Source of the DNA: Puniceicoccales bacterium
GTDB taxonomy: Bacteria; Verrucomicrobiota; Verrucomicrobiia; Opitutales; JAIRLG01
NCBI GenBank assembly: GCA_031279255.1
Contig: JAITIW010000043.1
Coordinates: forward strand, 1-11,999
DNA length: 11,999 nt
Reading direction: 5' to 3'
Shown: one piece after another, positions 6,868 through 11,999 of the stretch
Position numbering within the stretch: the stretch's first letter is position 1
How the letters are laid out: each line of letters begins with the position of its first letter
Program-made: the position numbers and the translations under genes
Notes under the pieces: generated by a model
The model's input: the letters and a program-made list of their open reading frames with translations, nothing else
Told to the model about the DNA's origin: nothing
Databases searched by the model: none

Positions 6868-8325
6868 TTAATAACCCTTGGCTTCGCGGGCCCAACGGTA
6901 GACGTCAAGATAACGCCTCGAGGATCGATCCCACGACAGGTCGAGATGCATGGCACGCTGCTGCATCCGGGAAAAATGCTGCGGTCGGTCGTAATAGGTC
7001 GAACAGGCCCATCCGATGGTATCGTAGAGAGCACCGGCGCTGATGTCGCGAAAGACAAATCCAGTACCGTTGCCGCTCTGTTCGTCATAATTCTCGACGG
7101 TATCGGCTAAGCCGCCTGTCTCGCGGACGATGGGAAGCGATCCGTAGTGCATGGCATAGAGTTGTGTCAATCCGCAGGGCTCGAAGCGGCTTGGCATGAT
7201 GATGAAATCAGAAGCCGCTAGGAATCGATGAGATAGAGGGGTATCAAACCCGATGATGGCGTGGCAGCGCTGCGGAAATTGTTGAGCCAAATCGCGAAAT
7301 TGAGACTCTAATGGCCCATCGCCCTGTCCTAAAATCACGATTTGCAGCGCCATGTGCTGTATCAATTCCTGAATAATATTTGCCAAAAGATCGAGGCCTT
7401 TCTGTTCACAAAATCGCGATACGACGGCAAAGCATGGACTATGGATGGCGGATTCCCATCCCCATTGTGCGTAAAGTTCCTGCTTGAGACGATGTTTCCC
7501 CTTCAGGTGAAGGGCATCAAAGGGATGATTCAAAAATGAGTCCTGTTGCGGATTCCATGAGATCGTATCGATTCCGTTGCAGATGCCGATGAGGTCTGCG
7601 GCACGAAAGCGCAGGAGTGAGTCTAGTCCATGGCCATAATCCGGTGTCTGGATCTCCTGGGCATAGCGTGGGCTGACAGTTGTCAATTTTTGGGCAAAAT
7701 ACAATCCGGCCTTGAGCATATGGACTTGATCATAGGCCTCTACGGCATCAGATCGGAAAACATGCCAAGGGATACCCGCGAAATCCAATATGTTTTTCGG
7801 AGCATAGCCGTGATGTTGTAGATTGTGAATCGTAAGTACCGATGCCGAATGACCTAGGATTCGGTCGCGTTCGACGGTCTCGAGGTAAACGGGCAGTAAT
7901 CCCGTTGTCCAATCATGGGCGTGGAAAATATGCGGGATCCATGGTAATTGGTAACAGGCATCTAGGACGGCTCGTGTGAAAAAGACGAAGCGTTCCGGAT
8001 TATCGGAATAATCGCCATAGGCATCGGCGTAAATGGCACGTCCTTGGAAATAGCGTTGATATTCGATAAAATAGAAGCGCAATGATGCCTCTTCCTCACA
8101 TTCCCAGAGACGTGCATAAGATTGACCCATGCCGAGATGAACCGTCAGAGGAGCTTCATGGGCCTTCAGGGGAATTTTTTCTAAAATGCCGTCGTAGAGC
8201 GGCAAAAAAACTCGAACATCGTGCCCTTGTTGGGCGATGCTACGCGCCAAAGCCACTACGGCATCCGCCAACCCTCCTGTTTGAGCCCATGGAGTGCATT
8301 CTGGGCTGATCATCGCGATTCTCAT
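6868..8325 (-). CDS. glgA: glycogen synthase (GT5, ADP-glucose type)
   Basis: The N-terminus MRIAMISPECTPWAQTGGLADAV corresponds to the KTGGLADV motif. The 485-aa length and the C-terminal PSRFEPCGLTQLYAMHYG and GGLADTV motifs fit GlgA. Confidence 0.93.
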   Translation of the reverse strand: MRIAMISPECTPWAQTGGLADAVVALARSIAQQGHDVRVFLPLYDGILEKIPLKAHEAPLTVHLGMGQSYARLWECEEEASLRFYFIEYQRYFQGRAIYADAYGDYSDNPERFVFFTRAVLDACYQLPWIPHIFHAHDWTTGLLPVYLETVERDRILGHSASVLTIHNLQHHGYAPKNILDFAGIPWHVFRSDAVEAYDQVHMLKAGLYFAQKLTTVSPRYAQEIQTPDYGHGLDSLLRFRAADLIGICNGIDTISWNPQQDSFLNHPFDALHLKGKHRLKQELYAQWGWESAIHSPCFAVVSRFCEQKGLDLLANIIQELIQHMALQIVILGQGDGPLESQFRDLAQQFPQRCHAIIGFDTPLSHRFLAASDFIIMPSRFEPCGLTQLYAMHYGSLPIVRETGGLADTVENYDEQSGNGTGFVFRDISAGALYDTIGWACSTYYDRPQHFSRMQQRAMHLDLSWDRSSRRYLDVYRWAREAKGY

Positions 8326-8391
8326 CCCCCAACCGAAAACTATCTAAATGCATTCTAATGTTTGCCCAAGAAAGACAATGTCTAAAAAGTA

Positions 8392-8420
8392 TTGCCATAG
8401 GAGTGCTAGCTCAATAAATA
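8392..8420 (+). promoter_or_regulatory. candidate sigma-70/66-type promoter for prlC
   Basis: TTGCCA (8392-8397), a 17-nt spacer, then TAAATA (8415-8420), in the divergent glgA/prlC intergenic region. This is a sequence match only. Confidence 0.25.
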
Positions 8421-8574
8421 AAAGCTTCACATGGTCAGTAGGGATTCTTGGGAAGAATATGGTGTCATTTTAGCTTCCCTCATGAGCGCATCTTGCCAGC
8501 ATCATCCTGCTTGGAAGAATGATCAGCTTTGTTATACGCATCTTGATACCCATAGAGAAAAGGAGTGTTTATTC

Positions 8575-10695
8575 ATGAATTCAAAGAATGAAATTTCTGC
8601 CGATACGAGGAAAATGGTTCTCAGCGATCATCCCTTTCTCGATACCTCATGGCCTATCCAGTGGTCTCGACTGCAACCGTGCTATGTGGTGGAAGATATT
8701 CGCCTGGCACTTCAAGAAGCCTCTTCTAAATTGGAAGCACTTGAACAGGTAGCGTTCGATGATCTCAGTTGGGATCATACGCTCGAGCCACTACTCCATT
8801 TTGATGATGTGTTAAAACAGGCGTGGGCCAAAGTTCATCACCTAAACAGTGTCTGCGATTCGGAAGATCTGCGAAAAGCTTATTTGGAAGTCCTGCCGGA
8901 GGTGACACAGTTTTATACCTCCATTCCTTTCAGGACGCGGCTGTGGAAGCTCATCCAGGCTTATGCCGCTACGGAGGAAGCTCAGCAGCTACCAGAAGTG
9001 CGTAAGCGCTATCTCCAAAGGACGATGGAAGGATTTGTGGACAGTGGCGCTGATTTGGAACCGGAGAAAAAAGCACGTATTCTGGAAATCGAGCAGCGAC
9101 TTTCTTTCCTGGCCAATCAGTTTGGGAAAAATGTCTTGGATGCGAAAAATGCATGGACTTATGATGCGACGCAAGAAGAACTTCAGGGACTACCGGAGTC
9201 CGTTCTGCGGACATTGCAGCGGATAGGTTCCAAGAATGAGCGCTACCGCTTGACTCTACAGGCGCCTTGTTTTGGTCCGTGTATGCAGTATTTAGAAAAT
9301 CGGGCCCTAAGGCAGAAACTTTGGAAGGCTTATATGACTGTCGGCCGCGAGGCACCCTATGACAATATGCCTTTAATTCGAGAAATTTTATCGCTGAGCG
9401 AGGAACATGCCCATATTTTGGGTGAGCCAACCCATGCCGATTGTGTCCTGCGGCGACGTATGGCCAAAAGTGGTCAACAGGCTTTGCAGTTCATTGAAGA
9501 TCTGCATCGACGTATAGAGAAATTTTTTCACCGGGATGTGCAAAAGTTGCAAGATTTTTATCATGAACAGACCGATGACCCGGATGGCATGAGGTCGTGG
9601 GATGCGGCCTATTGGAGCGAAAAGCTGTGCCAACAGCTTTATCATTTTGATGAAGAAGCACTGCGCCCTTACTTCGCCATTGAGGCTGTCATTCAGGGAC
9701 TTTTTTCAGTAGCCGAGAAATTGTACGGTATCCGCATCCGGGAATGTCCGACGGAAACGACATGTCCGCCAGAAGCGGCGGTCAGAGCGATTCCCGTATG
9801 GCACGAAAGTGTCAAGTTTTACGAGGTTTTTGAGGCTTCTGGGAACTATATTGGGGCCTTTTACGCGGATTGGTTCCCGAGACCTAGTAAACGCGGCGGT
9901 GCGTGGATGGAAAACCTCATCACCGGTCATCGAAATGCCAATGGAATGTATCAATATCCCATTGGTATCATCTGTGGGAATCTCACACCTCCTTCGGCGG
10001 AGCACCCGTCCTTACTCACTCACCAAGAAGTCCTTACGATTTTCCACGAGTTTGGTCATCTTCTACATGGATTGTTTGGGAAAGTGGATATCGAAGGTAT
10101 CAATGCGACCCATGTGGTCTGGGATTTTGTGGAACTTCCGTCGCAATTGATGGAAAATTTTGGCTGGGATCGGAAGAGTTTGGATCTCTTTGCGCGACAT
10201 TACGAGACAGGGAAGAGAATTCCGAAAAAATTGTTTCAGGCGATGCGGTCGGCACGCCATCACCTTTCAGGGATGAGTATGATGAAGCAGCTTTCTCTGA
10301 GTAAATTAGACCTCGAGCTGTATCATCATTACGAGCAGTATCGAGATGTCCATTGGGAGGAAAATCTGCAGAAGACGTTAGTTCCCTACCGTCCGCCGTG
10401 GAATGTCGATACGCCCAGTATCTTGGCACAATTCGATCATATCTTTGATGGGGGATACGATGCGGGCTATTATTCTTATATCTGGGCCCAGGTTTTGGAG
10501 GCGGATGCCTTCAGTGCCTTTGAGAAGAGAGGGATCTTGGACCCGGAAACAGGGAATCGTTTCCGCCATTGTATCCTCAGTCAGGGTGATTTGTGCGATG
10601 CGGGTCAGCTCTATCGTGATTTCATGGGCCGTAATCCGGATCCGGAAGCGCTACTCAAGCGTGAGCATTTATGGGAGGTTCCCTTGGAACGCTAA
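8575..10695 (+). CDS. prlC: oligopeptidase A (M3 family zinc metallopeptidase)
   Basis: The HEFGH zinc motif (TIFHEFGHLLHGLF), ELPSQLMENF, GGYDAGYYSYIWAQVL and overall colinearity with OpdA support the call. I chose the ATG at 8575, which follows AAGGAG (8560-8565) by 9 nt and aligns with the OpdA N-terminus. The ORF-track start at 8431 adds 48 unsupported residues. Confidence 0.9.
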   Translation: MNSKNEISADTRKMVLSDHPFLDTSWPIQWSRLQPCYVVEDIRLALQEASSKLEALEQVAFDDLSWDHTLEPLLHFDDVLKQAWAKVHHLNSVCDSEDLRKAYLEVLPEVTQFYTSIPFRTRLWKLIQAYAATEEAQQLPEVRKRYLQRTMEGFVDSGADLEPEKKARILEIEQRLSFLANQFGKNVLDAKNAWTYDATQEELQGLPESVLRTLQRIGSKNERYRLTLQAPCFGPCMQYLENRALRQKLWKAYMTVGREAPYDNMPLIREILSLSEEHAHILGEPTHADCVLRRRMAKSGQQALQFIEDLHRRIEKFFHRDVQKLQDFYHEQTDDPDGMRSWDAAYWSEKLCQQLYHFDEEALRPYFAIEAVIQGLFSVAEKLYGIRIRECPTETTCPPEAAVRAIPVWHESVKFYEVFEASGNYIGAFYADWFPRPSKRGGAWMENLITGHRNANGMYQYPIGIICGNLTPPSAEHPSLLTHQEVLTIFHEFGHLLHGLFGKVDIEGINATHVVWDFVELPSQLMENFGWDRKSLDLFARHYETGKRIPKKLFQAMRSARHHLSGMSMMKQLSLSKLDLELYHHYEQYRDVHWEENLQKTLVPYRPPWNVDTPSILAQFDHIFDGGYDAGYYSYIWAQVLEADAFSAFEKRGILDPETGNRFRHCILSQGDLCDAGQLYRDFMGRNPDPEALLKREHLWEVPLER

Positions 10696-10717
10696 GTCTA
10701 TGTGCGCTAAAGTGCAA

Positions 10718-10850
10718 AAAAACGGGAAGTTATTTCCGCCATTACATTCTCGTCAGGGCGATTTGCGCGATGCGGATCAACTCTACCGCGATTTCATGGG
10801 CCGTGACCCGGATCCAGAAGCGTTGCTCAAGGTGAGCATTTGTAAGAGGA
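10718..10850 (+). pseudogene. diverged duplicate of the prlC 3' end (last ~40 codons), with two 1-nt deletions
   Basis: This region aligns with 10546-10683 at about 80% nucleotide identity. The reconstructed reading is YFRHYIL.QGDLRDADQLYRDFMGRDPDPEALLK(R)EHL*, against RFRHCILSQGDLCDAGQLYRDFMGRNPDPEALLKREHLW in the gene. The single-base gaps fall at about 10751/10752 and 10831/10832. Confidence 0.8.
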
Positions 10851-11076
10851 TCCATCGGAGCATTGAGCCCCATATATTAGACATTTTTCGAAACGAAGAT
10901 AAGTGTGATAAAGTGATAATTGTTTTGAGAGATAAGTAGGAGGTATTTGAGTTAAAAAGATTTATTAACAGAAGAATTTTGTCGTTTAATAGACATTTTA
11001 ATACCGTTTCGAAAGAGGTCTATTGAGTCCTATCAATGTATATCGAGCCTATGTATCAAGACGTACGCCTTGCCGG

Positions 11077-11150
11077 TGGCCGTCTTTGCACGGCTAAAGC
11101 CGTGTGATCCGCTATGCGGATGAGCCCCTTCGGGGCTCCAAAGACGGCCA
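11077..11150. other. perfect four-way-junction (cloverleaf-like) structure; RNA or ssDNA element of unknown function
   Basis: The outer stem TGGCCGTCTTTG (11077-11088) pairs with CAAAGACGGCCA (11139-11150) over 12 bp. It encloses three abutting perfect hairpins: CACGGC-TAAA-GCCGTG (11089-11104), ATCCGC-TAT-GCGGAT (11107-11121) and GAGCCCC-TTC-GGGGCTC (11122-11138). That gives 31 Watson-Crick pairs in 74 nt, with only TG unpaired at the junction. Confidence 0.7.
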
Positions 11151-11181
11151 AAGAAACAAAGAAAGCAAAGATGACCAAAGA
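11139..11181. repeat. five CAAAGA motifs at about one helical turn spacing
   Basis: CAAAGA begins at 11139, 11149, 11157, 11166 and 11176, giving spacings of 10, 8, 9 and 10 nt. The first motif is also the 3' strand of the outer stem of the four-way junction. Confidence 0.7.
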
Positions 11182-11349
11182 AAAATTGATGGACAGTCGT
11201 AAAATGCTCCTATCGCAAAGAAAAGCTAGTAGGCAGCAATAAATTGATGAGTGGCAGAGGAACGTTTTGCCGCAAAGAAAAGTTGATGGACAGTCGTGAA
11301 ACATTTTTTCCACAAAAAAATTAGTAGGCAGCCGTGAAACGTTTTTACC
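11176..11349. repeat. ~96-nt tandem duplication built from related 30-40-nt subunits, upstream of rplU
   Basis: TTGATGGACAGTCGT is exact at 11186-11200 and 11283-11297 (97 nt apart). TAGTAGGCAGC is exact at 11227-11237 and 11322-11332 (95 nt apart). The subunits share CAAAGAAAA-(T/C)T(A/G)(A/G)T(A/G)G..CAG..CGT(G/A)AAAC(G/A)TTTT. Confidence 0.75.
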
Positions 11350-11417
11350 ATTCGCTTTAAAAATAAATCTTGCTTCCTGTCAGAGACGCCATTGTATCGC
11401 TCCCATTAACATAAGCT

Positions 11418-11735
11418 ATGAAGGCGATTGTCGAGATACAGGGGAAACAGCTGACGGTTTCGGAAGGAAATATTTTCTTCGTCAATCGCTATGCCAATTC
11501 CCAAGCAGGCGATTCTGTAGAGCTAAAAGAAGTCCTTATGCTGGGAGAGGGTTCCGAAGCGAAAATCGGAAATCCCTATGTCCCCGATGCCTGCGTTCGC
11601 ATCCATATCCTCGAGAATAAGCGGGGCAAGAAGGTAGTTGTTTTCAAGAAAAAACGCCGTAAGGGTTATGAACGCAAGCGCGGGCATCGCCAGGAATTAT
11701 CGGTGATTAAGGTGGAATCGATTGTGGCTTCGTAA
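11418..11735 (+). CDS. rplU: 50S ribosomal protein L21
   Basis: MKAIVEIQGKQLTVSEG...KKRRKGYERKRGHRQELSVIKVESI is a typical L21 of 105 aa, followed by rpmA. Confidence 0.93.
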   Translation: MKAIVEIQGKQLTVSEGNIFFVNRYANSQAGDSVELKEVLMLGEGSEAKIGNPYVPDACVRIHILENKRGKKVVVFKKKRRKGYERKRGHRQELSVIKVESIVAS

Positions 11736-11762
11736 AGATGAATTTAGAGAGGAGATCGTCAT

Positions 11763-11999
11763 ATGGCGCATAAGAAGGGACAGGGAACATCGAGAAATGG
11801 TCGTGATAGTCCCGGACAGCGTCTAGGAGTTAAAAAATACGGTGGCGAGATCGTTCGCGCCGGGAATATCCTCATGCGCCAATGTGGCACTAAAATCCAT
11901 CCGGGGAAAAATGTCGGCCGCGGTCGTGATTTTACCTTATTTGCTCTAATCGATGGCGTCGTCAAGTGGGATGGCGCTCACCGGAAGGTGCATGTGATA
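11763..11999 (+). CDS. rpmA: 50S ribosomal protein L27, 3'-partial (runs off the window)
   Basis: An ATG at 11763 follows GAGAGGAG. The translation [67 protein letters not shown] is canonical L27. It is absent from the ORF track because no stop falls inside the window. Confidence 0.92.
   Translation, partial: MAHKKGQGTSRNGRDSPGQRLGVKKYGGEIVRAGNILMRQCGTKIHPGKNVGRGRDFTLFALIDGVVKWDGAHRKVHVI

Noticed and set aside
10403-10939. 178-aa plus-strand ORF spanning the end of prlC and the spacer
   Set aside because: It is out of frame within prlC. It looks protein-like only where it crosses the prlC 3'-end relic (QGDLRDADQLYRDFMGRDPDPEALLK).
11077-11150. Four-way junction as a hammerhead or other small ribozyme, or as a tRNA-like gene
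   Set aside because: The hammerhead core is absent: there is no CUGAUGA, and no GAAA after the stem-II equivalent. The loops of 3-4 nt and lack of D/T-loop conserved bases exclude a tRNA. The GCCGTCT resemblance to the neisserial uptake sequence is only 7 nt and probably coincidental.
11056-11313. 85-aa minus-strand ORF
   Set aside because: It reads through the four-way-junction palindromes and the tandem repeats. Its internal FLC.. repeats mirror the DNA repeats, and it has no RBS or motif.
11306-11314. DnaA-box-like TTTTCCACA within the tandem repeats, suggesting an origin
   Set aside because: It is a single match, the other repeat subunits do not carry it, and there is no cluster or adjacent dnaA/dnaN context.
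11176-11349. Possible CRISPR array
   Set aside because: The repeats are contiguous and degenerate with no unique spacers, and no cas genes lie nearby.

Overview
About 12 kb of bacterial chromosome. The extended MreB N-terminus and overall gene content suggest an environmental Chlamydiae/PVC-type genome, but I cannot verify that here. The backbone is housekeeping: a 5'-partial orphan ORF; tRNA-Lys(CUU) and tRNA-Arg(CCU) on plus; tRNA-Val(CAC) on minus; a minus-strand operon of mreB, mreC and a secreted 344-aa protein; glgA on minus; the M3 oligopeptidase prlC/opdA on plus; and rplU plus a 3'-partial rpmA on plus. The intergenic regions are unusual. (1) One IS5/IS427-type element has left three traces: two 145/146-bp MITE-like derivatives in inverted orientation (1693-1837, 6002-6147) and a head-to-head, internally deleted copy with a decayed transposase C-terminus (1840-2171). 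Nearly all ends abut TA. (2) A decayed IS200/IS605 tnpA relic lies between mreB and glgA. (3) The 344-aa ORF is followed by Pro/Ala/Ser-rich repeat units that continue in the other two minus frames. (4) A diverged copy of the last ~40 codons of prlC sits just downstream of the prlC stop, and most codon differences are silent. (5) Upstream of rplU there is a perfect 74-nt four-way-junction structure, then helically phased CAAAGA motifs, then a ~96-nt tandem duplication. I found no recognisable defence, toxin-antitoxin, secretion or CRISPR system. The most novel-looking signals are the non-coding structures at 11077-11349 and the prlC 3'-end duplication. All homology statements come from motif recognition by eye, not database searches.
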